From Bugula neritina (taxonomy: Eukaryota > Animalia > Bryozoa), in contig CAXIUT010000230.1 in assembly GCA_964035545.1 (NCBI GenBank), forward strand, positions 930,001 to 994,000: DNA of 64,000 nt, read 5' to 3'. The notes beneath the pieces are model-generated. The model was not told the DNA's origin. It searched no databases and worked only from the letters and a program-made list of their open reading frames with translations. Positions 34,101 through 50,300 of the stretch are shown piece after piece. How positions within the stretch are numbered: the first letter of the stretch is position 1; every line of letters starts with the position of its first letter. Made by a program: the position numbers and the translations under genes.

Positions 34101-35520
34101 ACACACTGCAACATACGGCAGCATACCAAAATAAACTGCGACACCTTGAAAAATACTGCAACATACTGAAATATACTGCAAGTGGTGCAACATACTGAAA
34201 TACACCGTGACATACTGAAATACACTGCAACATACTGCAAGATACTGCAACGTACGGAAAGACAGTGTAACTTATTGAATTACACTGAATCATACTGCAA
34301 CATACTGAAATACACCGTAACATATCGAAATACACTGCAACATACTGCAACATACTGAAATGCACCGGAACATAATCGAATACCCTGCAACACATTGAAA
34401 TATACTGCAACAGACTGAAACATAAGGTAACACAATGAAGTATACTGCGACACATTAAAATATACTGCAACATACTGAAATATACTGCAACATACTGAAA
34501 TGTAATGTAATATACAGAAATGTACTGTAACATACTGAAATATACTGTAACAGACTGAAATATACTCTAACATACCGAAATACACTGTAACATACTGAAA
34601 TATACTGCAACATACTGCAACATACTGAATTACACTTGAACATAATGAAATACACTGCAACACATTGAAATATACTGCAACATATCGAAATGAATGGTAA
34701 ACTAGTGTAATATACTGTAACATAATGAAACATACCGGAACATACTGCAACGTATTAAAGTATAGTGTAACACACTAAAATATACGGCAACATACCGAAA
34801 TATACTGCAACACGTTGAAAAATATTGCAACATACTGAAATATACTGCAACATACTGCAACATACTGAAATACACTGGAACATATTGAACTACACTGCAA
34901 CACTCTGAAATATACTGCAACACACTGAAACATACGGCAACATACCGAAATAAACTGCGACACGTTGAAAATTACTGCAACATACTGAAATATACTGCGA
35001 CGCCTTAAAATATACTGCAACATACTGAAATAGACTGCAAGTGGTGCAACATACTGAAATACACTGTGACACACTGAAATACACTGCAACATATTGCAAC
35101 ATACTGCAACATACTGAAATATTGTGCGACACATTAAAATATACTGCAACATATTGAAATATACTGTAACATACTGCAACATACTAAAATACACTGCAAC
35201 ACAATAAAATATACTGCAACATACTGAAACATACTGCAACATACTGAAATACACTGTGACACATTGAAATACACTGCAACATACTGCAACATACTGCAAC
35301 ATACTGAAATACATTGCAACACATTAAAATATACTGCAACATACTGAAACATACTGCAACATACTGATATATACTGCAACACACTGAAACATACGGCAAC
35401 ATACCGAAATAAACTGCGACACGTTGAAAATTACAGCAACATACTGAAATATACTGCGACGCCTTAAAATATACTGCAACATACTGAAATAGACTGCAAG
35501 TGGTGCAACATACTGAAATA
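16120..35520 (+). repeat. HOR of ~7.4-7.9 kb in about 2.5 copies (starting ~16120, ~23880 and ~31370)
   Basis: ORF series 16118/23878/31370, 16941/24811/32193, 18123/25993/33375 and 22833/30325. The copy1-to-copy3 offset is a constant 15252. ACTAGT pairs at 17025+19449, 24895+27319 and 32277+34701 are each 2424 apart. Confidence 0.9.
19640..20640 (+). repeat. Three local copies of the 'gcgacgccttaaaa...gaaatagactgcaagtgg' module (spacing ~459 and 309 bp), repeated at ~27510-28510
   Basis: GCGACGCCTTAAAA occurs at ~19745, ~20204 and ~20513. ORF offsets 20072/20381 and 20212/20521 = 309. Confidence 0.82.
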
Positions 35521-38500
35521 CAATGTGACACACTGAAATACACTGCAACATACTGCAACATACTGCAACATACTGCAACATACTGAAATATTGTTCGACA
35601 CATTGAAATATACTGCAACGTATTGAAATATACTGTAACATACTGCAACATACTGAAGCACACTGTGACACACTGAAATACACTGCAACATACTGCAACA
35701 TACTGCAACATACTGAATTACACTGGAACATATTGATATACACTGCAACACATTGGAATATACTGCAACAGACTGAACCATATGGCAACATACCAAAATT
35801 TACTGCGACACACTGAAAAATACTGCAACATATGAATTATACTTCAAGTGGTGCAACATACTGAAATACAATGTGACACACTGAAATACACTGCAACATA
35901 CTGCAACATAGTGCAGCATACTGAAATATTGTGCGACACATTGAAATATACTGCAACGTATTGAAATATACTGTAACATACTGCAACATACTAAAATACA
36001 CTGCAACATACTGCATTACATTGCAACACATTAAAATATATTGCGACATACTGAAACATACTGCAACATGCTGAAATATACTGCAACATACTGAAATACA
36101 CTATCACATATTGAAATATACTGCAACATACTGAATTACACTCTAACATACTGAAATATGCTGTAGCATACTGAAATACACTGCAACACACTGAAGTATA
36201 CTGTAATACACTGAAATGTGATGCAACATACTGAATTATACTGCAACATAGTGCAACATACTGAAATACACTGTGACACACTGAAATACACTGAAACATA
36301 ATGCAACATACTGCAACATACTGAAATACACTGTAACATGTCGAAATACACTGCAACATACTGCAACATACTGAAATACACCGTAACATATCGAAATACA
36401 CTGCAACATACTGCAACATACTGAAATGCACCGGAACATAATGGAATACCCTACAACACTTTGAAATATACTGCAACAGACTGAAACATAAGGTAACACA
36501 ATGAAGTATACTGCGACACATTAAAATATACTGCAACATACTGAAATATACTGCAACATACTGAAATGTAATGTAATATACAGAAATGTACTGTAACATA
36601 CTGAAATATACGGTAACATACTGAAATATACTCTAACATACCGAAATACACTGTAACATACTGAAATATACTGCAACATACTGCAACATACTGAATTACA
36701 CTTGAACGTAATGAAATACACTGCAACACATTGAAATGAATGGTAAACTAGTGTAATATACTGTAACATAATGAAACATACCGGAACATACTGCAACGTA
36801 ATAAAGTATAGTGTAAAACACTGAAATATGCGGCAACATACCGAAATATACTGCAACACGTTGAAAAATATTGCAACATACTGAAATATACTGCAACCTA
36901 CTGCAACATACTGAAATACACCGGAACATATTGAACTACACTGCAACACTCTGAAATATACTGCAACACACTGAAACATACGGCAACATACCGAAATAAA
37001 CTGCGACACGTTGAAAATTACTGCAACATACTGAAATATACTGCGACGCCTTAAAATATACTGCAACATACTGAAATAGACTGCAAGTGGTGCAACATAC
37101 TGAAATACACTGTGACTCACTGAAATACACTGCAACATACTGCAACATACTGCAACATACTGAAATATTGTGCGACACATTAAAACATACTGCAACATAT
37201 TGAAATATACTGTAACATACTGCAACATACTAAAATACACTGCAACACATTAAAGTCTACTGCAACATACTGAAACATACTGCAACATACTGAAATACAC
37301 TGTGACACACTGAAATACACTGCAACATACAGCAACATACTGCAACATACTGAATTACACTGGAACATATTGATATACACTGCAACACATTGAAATATAC
37401 TGCAACACACTGAACCATATGGCAACATACCGAAATTTACTGCGACACACTGAAAAATACTGCAACATACGAATTATACTTCAAGTGGTGCAACATACTG
37501 AAATACAATGTGACACACTGAAATACACTGCAACATACTGCAACATACTTCAACATACTGAAATATTGTGCGACACATTGAAATATACTGCAACATATTG
37601 AAATATACTGTAACATGCTGCAACATACTAAAATACACTGCAACATACTGAAATACATTGCAACACATTAGAATATACTGCGACATACTGAAACATACCG
37701 CAACATGCTGAAATATACTGCAACATACTGAAATACACTATAACATATTGAAATATACTGCAACATACTGAATTACACTCTAACATACTGAAATATGCTG
37801 TAGCATACTGAAATACACTGCAACACACTGAAGTATACTGTAATACACTGAAATGTAATGCAACATACTGAATTATACTGCAACATAGTGCAACATACTG
37901 AAATACACTACAACATACTGCAACATACTGAAATACACTGGAACATATTGAAAAACACTGCGAAACATTGAAACATACTGCAACATACTGAAATATACTG
38001 CAAGATACTGCAATATACTGAAACAGACTGTGACATACTGAAATACACTGCAACATACTGCAAGATACCGCAACCTACTGAAATACACTGTAACGTATTG
38101 AAATACACTGCATCATACTGCAACATACTGAATTACACTGGAACATATTGATATACACTGCAACACATTGAAATATACCGCAACACACTGCAACATACGG
38201 CAGCATACCGAAATATACTGCGACACCTTGAAAAATACTGCAACATACTGAAATATACTGCAAGTGGTGCAACATACTGAAATACACTGTGACATACTGA
38301 AATACACTGCAACATTCTGCAAGATATTGCAACATACGGAAATACAGCGTAACTTATTGAATTACACTGCATCATACTGCAACATACTGAAATACACTGT
38401 GACACATTGAAACACACTGCAACATACTGCAACATACTGCAACATACTGAAATACATTGCAACACATTAAAATATACTGCAACAAACTGAAACATACTGC

Positions 38501-41500
38501 AACATACTGAAATATACTGCAACACACTGAAACATACGGCAACATACCGAAATAAACTGCGACACGTTGAAAATTACTGCAACATACTGAAATATACTGC
38601 GACGCCTTAAAATATACTGCAACATACTGAAATAGACTGCAAGTGGTGCAACATACTGAAATACACTGTGACACACTGAAATACACTGCAACATACTGCA
38701 ACATACTGCAACATACTGAAATATTGTGCGACACAATAAAATATACTGCAACATATTGAAATATACTGTAACATACTGCAACATACTAAAATACACTGCA
38801 ACACATTAAAATATACTGCAACATACTGAAACATACTGCAACATACTGAAATACACTGTGACACACTGAAATACACTGCAACATACTGCAACATACTGCA
38901 ACATACTGAATTACACTGGAACATATTGATATACACTGCAACACATTGAAATATACTGCAACACACTGAACAATATGGCAACATACCGAAATTTACTGCG
39001 ACACACTGAAAAATACTGCAACATACGAATTATACTTCAAGTGGTGCAACATACTGAAATACAATGTGACACACTGAAATACACTGCAACATACTGCAAC
39101 ATACTGCAACATACTGAAATATTGTGCGACACATTGAAACATACTGCAACGTATTGAAATATACTGTAACATACTGCAACATACTGAAATACACTGCAAC
39201 ATACTGAAATACATTGCAACACATTAAAATATACTGCGACATACTGAAACATACTGCAACATGCTGAAATATACTGCAACATACTGAAATACACTATCAC
39301 ATATTGAAATACACTGCAACATACTGAATTACACTCTAACATACTGAAATATGCTGTAGCATACTGAAATACACTGCAACACACTGAAGTATACTGTAAT
39401 ACACTGAAATGTAATGCAACATACTGAATTATACTGCAACATAGTGCAACATACTGAAATACACTGTGAGACACTGAAATACACTGAAACATAATGCAAC
39501 ATACTGCAACGTACTGAAATACACTGTAACATATCGAAATACACTGCAACATACTGCAACATACTGCAACACACTGAAATACACCGTAACATATCGAAAT
39601 ACACTGGAACATACTGCAACATACTTAAATACACTGTAACATATTGAATTACACTGCATCATACTGCAACATACTGAAAAACACTGGAACATATTGATAT
39701 ACACTGCAACTCATTGAAATATACTGCAACACACTGCAACATACGGCAGCATACCAAAATAAACTGCGACACCTTGAAAAATACTGCAACATACTGAAAT
39801 ATACTGCAAGTGGTGCAACATACTGAAATACACCGTGACATACTGAAATACACTGCAACATACTGCAAGATACTGCAACGTACGGAAAGACAGTGTAACT
39901 TATTGAATTACACTGCATCATACTGCAACATACTGAAATACACCGTAACATATCGAAATACACTGCAACATACTGCAACATACTGAAATGCACCGGAACA
40001 TAATCGAATACCCTGCAACACATTGAAATATACTGCAACAGACTGAAACATAAGGTAACACAATGAAGTATACTGCGACACATTAAAATATACTGCAACA
40101 TACTGAAATATACTGCAACATACTGAAATGTAATGTAATATACAGAAATGTACTGTAACATACTGAAATATACTGTAACAGACTGAAATATACTCTAACA
40201 TACCGAAATACACTGTAACATACTGAAATATACTGCAACATACTGCAACATACTGAATTACACTTGAACATAATGAAATACACTGCAACACATTGAAATA
40301 TACTGCAACATATCGAAATGAATGGTAAACTAGTGTAATATACTGTAACATAATGAAACATACCGGAACATACTGCAACGTATTAAAGTATAGTGTAACA
40401 CACTAAAATATACGGCAACATACCGAAATATACTGCAACACGTTGAAAAATATTGCAACATACTGAAATATACTGCAACATACTGCAACATACTGAAATA
40501 CACTGGAACATATTGAACTACACTGCAACACTCTGAAATATACTGCAACACACTGAAACATACGGCAACATACCGAAATAAACTACGACACGTTGAAAAT
40601 TACTGCAACATACTGAAATATACTGCGACGCCTTAAAATATACTGCAACATACTGAAATAGACTGCAAGTGGTGCAACATACTGAAATACACTGTGACAC
40701 ACTGAAATACACTGCAACATACTGCAACATACTGCAACATACTGAAATATTGTGCTACACATTAAAATATACTGCAACATATTGAAATATACTGTAACAT
40801 ACTGCAACATACTAAAATACACTGCAACACAATAAAATATACTGCAACATACTGAAACATACTGCAACATACTGAAATACACTGTGACACATTGAAATAC
40901 ACTGCAACATACTGCAACATACTGCAACATACTGAAATACATTGCAACACATTAAAATATACTGCAACATACTGAAACATACTGCAACATACTGATATAT
41001 ACTGCAACACACTGAAACATACGGCAACATACCGAAATAAACTGCGACACGTTGAAAATTACAGCAACATACTGAAATATACTGCGACGCCTTAAAATAT
41101 ACTGCAACATACTGAAATAGACTGCAAGTGGTGCAACATACTGAAATACAATGTGACACACTGAAATACACTGCAACATACAGCAACATACTGCAACATA
41201 CTGCAACATACTGAAATATTGTTCGACACATTGAAATATACTGCAACGTATTGAAATATACTGTAACATACTGCAACATACTGAAGCACACTGTGACACA
41301 CTGAAATACACTGCAACATACTGCAACATACTGCAACATACTGAATTACACTGGAACATATTGATATACACTGCAACACATTGAAATATACTGCAACAGA
41401 CTGAACCATATGGCAACATACCAAAATTTACTGCGACACACTGAAAAATACTGCAACATATGAATTATACTTCAAGTGGTGCAACATACTGAAATACAAT

Positions 41501-43740
41501 GTGACACACTGAAATACACTGCAACATACTGCAACATAGTGCAGCATACTGAAATATTGTGCGACACATTGAAATATACTGCAACGTATTGAAATATACT
41601 GTAACATACTGCAACATACTAAAATACACTGCAACATACTGAATTACATTGCAACACATTAAAATATATTGCGACATACTGAAACATACTGCAACATGCT
41701 GAAATATACTGCAACATAGTGAAATACACTATCACATATTGAAATATACTGCAACATACTGAATTACACTCTAACATACTGAAATATGCTGTAGCATACT
41801 GAAATACACTGCAACACACTGAAGTATACTGTAATACACTGAAATGTGATGCAACATACTGAATTATACTGCAACATAGTGCAACATACTGAAATGCACT
41901 GTGACACACTGAAATACACTGAAACATAATGCAACATACTGCAACATACTGAAATACACTGTAACATGTCGAAATACACTGCAACATACTGCAACATACT
42001 GAAATACACCGTAACATATCGAAATACACTGCAACATACTGCAACATACTGAAATGCACCGGAACATAATGGAATACCCTACAACACATTGAAATATACT
42101 GCAACAGACTGAAACATAAGGTAACACAATGAAGTATACTGCGACACATTAAAATATACTGCAACATACTGAAATATACTGCAACATACTGAAATGTAAT
42201 GTAATATACAGAAATGTACTGTAACATACTGAAATATACGGTAACAGACTGAAATATACTCTAACATACCGAAATACACTGTAACATACTGAAATATACT
42301 GCAACATACTGCAACATACTGAATTACACTTGAACGTAATGAAATACACTGCAACACATTGAAATGAATGGTAAACTAGTGTAATATACTGTAACATAAT
42401 GAAACAGACCGGAACATACTGCAACGTAATAAAGTATAGTGTAAAACACTGAAATATGCGGCAACATACCGAAATATACTGCAACACGTTGAAAAATATT
42501 GCAACATACTGAAATATACTGCAACCTACTGCAACATACTGAAATACACCGGAACATATTGAACTACACTGCAACACTCTGAAATATACTGCAACACACT
42601 GAAACATACGGCAACATACCGAAATAAACTGCGACACGTTGAAAATTACTGCAACATACTGAAATATACTGCGACGCCTTAAAATATACTGCAACATACT
42701 GAAATAGACTGCAAGTGGTGCAACATACTGAAATACACTGTGACTCACTGAAATACACTGCAACATACTGCAACATACTGAAATATTGTGCGACACATTA
42801 AAACATACTGCAACATATTGAATTATACTGTAACATACTGCAACATACTAAAATACACTGCAACACATTAAAGTCTACTGCAACATACTGAAACATACTG
42901 CAACATACTGAAATACACTGTGACACACTGAAATACACTGCAACATACAGCAACATACTGCAACATACTGAATTACACTGGAACATATTGATATACACTG
43001 CAACACATTGAAATATACTGCAACACACTGAACCATATGGCACCATACCGAAATTTACTGCGACACACTGAAAAATACTGCAACATACGAATTATACTTC
43101 AAGTGGTGCAACATACTGAAATACAATGTGACACACTGAAATACACTGCAACATACTGCAACATACTTCAACATACTGAAATATTGTGCGACACATTGAA
43201 ATATACTGCAACATATTGAAATATACTGTAACATGCTGCAACATACTAAAATACACTGCAACATACTGAAATACATTGCAACACATTAAAATATACTGCG
43301 ACATACTGAAACATACCGCAACATGCTGAAATATACTGCAACATACTGAAATACACTATAACATATTGAAATATACTGCAACATACTGAATTACACTCTA
43401 ACATACTGAAATATGCTGTAGCATACTGAAATACACTGCGACACACTGAAGTATACTGTAATACACTGAAATGTAATGCAACATACTGAATTATACTGCA
43501 TCATAGTGCAACATACTGAAATACACTACAACATACTGCAACATACTGAAATACACTGGAACATATTGAAATACACTGCGAAACATTGAAACATACTGCA
43601 ACATACTGAAATATACTGCAAGATACTGCAACATACTGAAACAGACTGTGACATACTGAAATACACTGCAACATACTGCAAGATACCGCAACCTACTGAA
43701 GTACACTGTTACATATTGAAATACACTGCATCATACTGCA
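34000..43740 (+). repeat. HOR with 5628/5618-bp offset: ~34000-38120 recurs at ~39630-43740
   Basis: ORF offsets 34021/39649, 35184/40812 and 35991/41619 = 5628; 37419/43037 and 37873/43491 = 5618. ACTAGT at 34701/40329 and 36747/42375. Confidence 0.88.
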
Positions 43741-44349
43741 ACATACTGAATTACACTGGAACATATTGATATACACTGCAACACATTGAAAGATAATGCA
43801 ACACACTGAAACATACGGCAATATACCGAAATATACTGCGACGCCTTGAAAAATACTGCAACATACGAAATAAACTGCAAGTGGTGCAACATACTGAAAT
43901 ACAATGTGACACACTGGAATACACTGCAACATACTGTAACATACTGCAACATACTAAAATACACTGCAACACAATAAAATATACTGCAACATACTGAAAC
44001 ATACTGCAACATACTGAAATACACTGTGACACATTGAAATACACTGCAACATACTGCAACATACTGCAACATACTGAAATACATTGCAACACATTAAAAT
44101 ATACTGCAACATACTGAAACATACTGCAACATACTGAAATATACTGCAAGTGGTGCAACATACTGAAATACACTGTGACTCACTGAAATACACTGCAACA
44201 TACTGCAACATACTGCAACATACTGCAACATACTGAAATACACTGTGACTCACTGAAATACACTGCAACATACTGCAACATACTGCAACATACTGAAATA
44301 TTGTGCGACACATTAAAACATACTGCAACATATTGAAATATACTGTAAC

Positions 44350-47300
44350 ATACTGCAACATACTAAAATACACTGCAACATACTGAATTACATTGCAACA
44401 CATTAAAATATATTGCGACATACTGAAACATACTGCAACATGCTGAAATATACTGCAACATACTGAAATACACTATCACATATTGAAATATACTGCAACA
44501 TACTGAATTACACTCTAACATACTGAAATATGCTGTAGCATACTGAAATACACTGCAACACACTGAAGTATACTGTAATACACTGAAATGTAATGCAACA
44601 TACTGAATTATACTGCAACATAGTGCAACATACTGAAATACACTGTGACACACTGAAATACACTGAAACATAATGCAACATACTGCAACATACTGAAATA
44701 CACTGTAACATATCGAAATACACTGCAACATACTGCAACATACTGAAATACACCGTAACATATCGAAATACACTGCAACATACTGCAACATACTGAAATG
44801 CACCGGAACATAATGGTATACCCTGCAACACATTGAAATATACTGCAACAGACTGAAACATAAGGTAACACAATGAAGTATACTGCGACACATTAAAATA
44901 TACTGCAACATACTGAAATATACTGCAACATACTGAAATGTAATGTAATATACAGAAATGTACTGTAACATACTGAAATATACGGTAACAGACTGGAATA
45001 TACTCTAACATACCGAAATACACTGTAACATACTGAAATATACTGCAACATACTGCAACATACTGAATTACACTTGAACGTAATGAAATACACTGCAACA
45101 CATTGAAATGAATGGTAAACTAGTGTAATATACTGTAACATAATGAAACATACCGGAACACACTGCAACGTAATAAAGTATAGTGTAAAACACTGAAATA
45201 TGCGGCAACATACCGAAATACACTGCAACACGTTGAAAAATATTGCAACATACTGAAATATACTGCAACCTACTGCAACATACTGAAATACACCGGAACA
45301 TATTGAACTACACTGCAACACTCTGAAGTATACTGCAACACACTGAAACATACGGCAACATACCGAAATAAACTGCGACACGTTGAAAATTACTGCAACA
45401 TACTGAAATATACTGCAAGTGGTGCAACATACTGAAATACACTGTGACTCACTGAAATACACTGCAACATACTGCAACATACTGCAACATACTGCAACAT
45501 ACTGAAATACACTGTGACTCACTGAAATACACTGCAACATACTGCAACATACTGCAACATACTGAAATATTGTGCGACACATTAAAACATACTGCAACAT
45601 ATTGAAATATACTGTAACATACCGCAACATACTAAAATACACTGCAACACATTAAAGTCTACTGCAACATACTGAAACATACTGCAACATACTGAAATAC
45701 ACTGTGACACACTGAAATACACTGCAACATACAGCAACATACTGCAACATACTGAATTACACTGGAACATATTGATATACACTGCAACACATTGAAATAT
45801 ACTGCAACACACTGAACCATATGGCAACATACCGAAAGTTACTGCGACACACTGAAAAATACTGCAACATACGAATTATACTTCAAGTGGTGCACCATAC
45901 TGAAATACAATGTGACACACTGAAATACACTGCAACATACTGCAACATACTGCAACATACTGAAATATTGTGCGACACATTGAAATATACTGCAACATAT
46001 TGAAATATACTGTAACATGCTGCAACATACTAAAATACACTGCAACATACTGAAATACATTGCAACACATTAAAATATACTGCGACATACTGAAACATAC
46101 CGCAACATGCTGAAATATACTGCAACATACTGAAATACACTATAACATATTGAAATATACTGCAACATACTGAATTACACTCTAACATACTGAAATATGC
46201 TGTAGCATACTGAAATGCACTGCAACACACTGAAGTATACTGTAATACACTGAAATGTAATGCAACATACTGAATTATACTGCATCATAGTGCAACATAC
46301 TGAAATACACTACAACATACTGCAACATACTGAAATACACTGGAACGTGTTGAAATACACTGCGAAACATTGAAACATACTGCAACATACTGAAATATAC
46401 TGCAAGATACTGCAACATACTGAAACAGACTGTGACATACTGAAATGCACTGCAACATACTGCAAGATACCGCAACCTACTGAAGTACACTGCAACATAT
46501 TGAAATACACTGCATCATACTGCAACATACTGAATTACACTGGAACATATTGATATACACTGCGACACATTGAAATATAATGCAACACACTGAAACATAC
46601 GGCAATATACCGAAATATACTGCGACGCCTTGAAAAATACTGCAACATACGAAATAAACTGCAAGTGGTGCAACATACTGAAATACAATGTGACACACTG
46701 GAATACACTGCAACATACTGTAACATACTGCAACATACTAAAATACACTGCAACACATTAAAGTCTACTGCAACATACTGAAACATACTGCAACATACTG
46801 AAATACACTGTGACACATTGAAATACACTGCAACATACTGCAACATACTGCAACATACTGAATTACACTGGAACATATTGATATACACTGCAACATACTG
46901 AAACATACTGCAACATACTGAAGCACACTGTGACACACTGAAATACACTGCAACATACTGCAACATACTGCAACATACTGAATTACACTGGAACATATTG
47001 ATATACACTGCAAAACATTGAAATATACTGCAACAGACTGAACCATATGGCAACATACCAAAATTTACTGCGACACACTGAAAAATACTGCAACATACGA
47101 ATTATACTTCAAGTGGTGCAACATACTGAAATACAATGTGACACACTGAAATACACTGCAACATACTGCAACATACTGCAACATACTGCAACATACTGAA
47201 ATATTGTGCGACACATTGAAATATACTGCAACGTATTGAAATATACTGTAACATACTGCAACATACTAAAATACACTGCAACATACTGAATTACATTGCA

Positions 47301-50300
47301 ACACATTAAAATATATTGCGACATACTGAAACATACTGCAACATGCTGAAATATACTGCAACATACTGAAATACACTATCACATATTGAAATATACTGCA
47401 ACATACTGAATTACACTCTAACATACTGAAATATGCTGTAGTATACTGAAATACACTGCAACACACTGAAGTATACTGTAATACACTGAAATGTGATGCA
47501 ACATACTGAATTGTACTGCAACATAGTGCAACATACTGAAATACACTGTGACACACTGAAATACACTGAAGCATAATGCAACATACTGCAACATACTGAA
47601 ATACACTGTAACATATCGAAATACACTGCAACATACTGCAACATACTGAAATACACCGTAACATATCGAAATACACTGCAACATACTGCAACATACTGAA
47701 ATGCACCGGAACATAATGGAATACCCTACAACACATTGAAATATACTGCAACAGACTGAAACATAAGGTAACACAATGAAGTATACTGCGACACATTAAA
47801 ATATACTGCAACATACTGAAATATACTGCAACATACTGAAATGTAATGTAATATACAGAAATGTACTGTAACATACTGAAATATACGGTAACAGACTGAA
47901 ATATACTCTAACATACCGAAATACACTGTAACATACTGAAATATACTGCAACATACTGCAACATACTGAATTACACTTGAACGTAATGAAATACACTGCA
48001 ACACATTGAAATGAATGGTAAACTAGTGTAATATACTGTAACATAATGAAACATACCGGAACATACTGCAACGTAATAAAGTATAGTGTAAAACACTGAA
48101 ATATGCGGCAACATACCGAAATATACTGCAACACGTTGAAAAATATTGCAACATACTGAAATATACTGCAACCTACTGCAACATACTGAAATACACCGGA
48201 ACATATTGAACTACACTGCAACACTCTGAAATATACTGCAACACACTGAAACATACGGCAACATACCGAAATAAACTGCGACACGTTGAAAATTACTGCA
48301 ACATACTGAAATATACTGCGACGCCTTAAAATATACTGCAACATACCGAAATAGACTGCAAGTGGTGCAACATACTGAAATACACTGTGACTCACTGAAA
48401 TACACTGCAACATACTGCAACATACTGCAACATACTGAAATATTGTGCGACACATTAAAACATACTGCAACATATTGAAATATACTGCAACATACTGCAA
48501 CATAATAAAATACACTGCAACACATTAAAATCTACTGCAACATACAGCAACATACTGCAACATACTGAATTACACTGGAACATATTGATATACACTGCAA
48601 CACATTGAAATATACTGCAACACACTGAACCATATGGCAACATACGGAAATTTACTGCGACACACTGAAAATTACTGCAACATACGAATTATACTTCAAG
48701 TGGTGCAACATACTGAAATACAATGTGACACACTGAAATACACTGCAACATACTGCAACATACTGCAACATACTGAAATATTGTGCGACACATTGAAATA
48801 TACTGCAAGATATTGAAATATACTGTAACATGCTGCAACATACTAAAATACACTGCAACATACTGAAATACATTGCAACACATTAAAATATACTGCGACA
48901 TACTGAAACATACCGCAACATGCTGAAATATACTGCAACATACTGAAATACACTATAACATATTGAAATATACTGCAACATACTGAATTACACTCTAACA
49001 TACTGAAATACGCTGTAGCATACTGAAATACACTGCAACACACTGAAGTATACTGTAATACACTGAAATGTAATGCAACATACTGAATTATACTGCATCA
49101 TAGTGCAACATACTGAAATACACTACAACATACTGCAACATACTGAAATACACTGGAACATATTGAAATACACTGCGAAACATTGAAACATACTGCAACA
49201 TACTGAAATATACTGCAAGATACTGCAACATACTGAAACGGACTGTGACATACTGAAATACACTGCAACATACTGCAAAATACCGCAACCTACTGAAGTA
49301 CACTGTAACATATTGAAATACACTGCAACACATTGAAATATAATGCAACACACTGAAACATACGGCAATATACCGAAATTTACTGCGACACACTGAAAAA
49401 TACTGCAACATACGAATTATACCTCAAGGGGTGCAACATACTGAAATACAATGTGACACACTGGAATACACTGCAACATACTGCAACATACTGCAACATA
49501 CTGAAATACACTGTAACATATTGAATTACACTGCATCATACTGCAACATACTGAAAAACACTGGAACATATTGATATACACTGCAACTCATTGAAATATA
49601 CTGCAACACACTGCAACATACGGCATCATACCGAAATATACTGCGACACCTTGAAAAATACTGCAACATACTGAAATATACTGCAAGTGGTGCAACATAC
49701 TGAAATACACTGTGACACACTGAAATACACTGCAACATACTGCAACATACTGCAACATACTAAATTACACTGGAACATTTTGATATACACTGCAACACAT
49801 TGAAATATACTGCAACACACTGAACCATATGGCAACATACCGAAATTTACTGCGACACACTGAAAAATACTGCAACATACGAACTATACTTCAAGTGGTG
49901 CAACATACTGAAATACAATGTGACACTCTGAAATACACTGCAACATACTGCAACATACTGAAATATTGTGCGACACATTGAAATATACTGCAACGTATTG
50001 AAATATACTGTAACATACTGCAACATACTAAAATACACTGCAACATACTGAAATACATTGCAACACATTAAAATATACTGCGACATACTGAAACATACTG
50101 CAAGATGCTGAAATATACTGCAACATACTGAAATACACTATCACATATTGAAATATACTGCAACATACTGAATTACACTCTAACATACTGAAATATGCTG
50201 TAGCATACTGAAATACACTGCAACACACTGAAGTATACTGTAATACACTGAAATGTAATGCAACATACTGAATTATACTGCAACATAGTGCAACATACTG

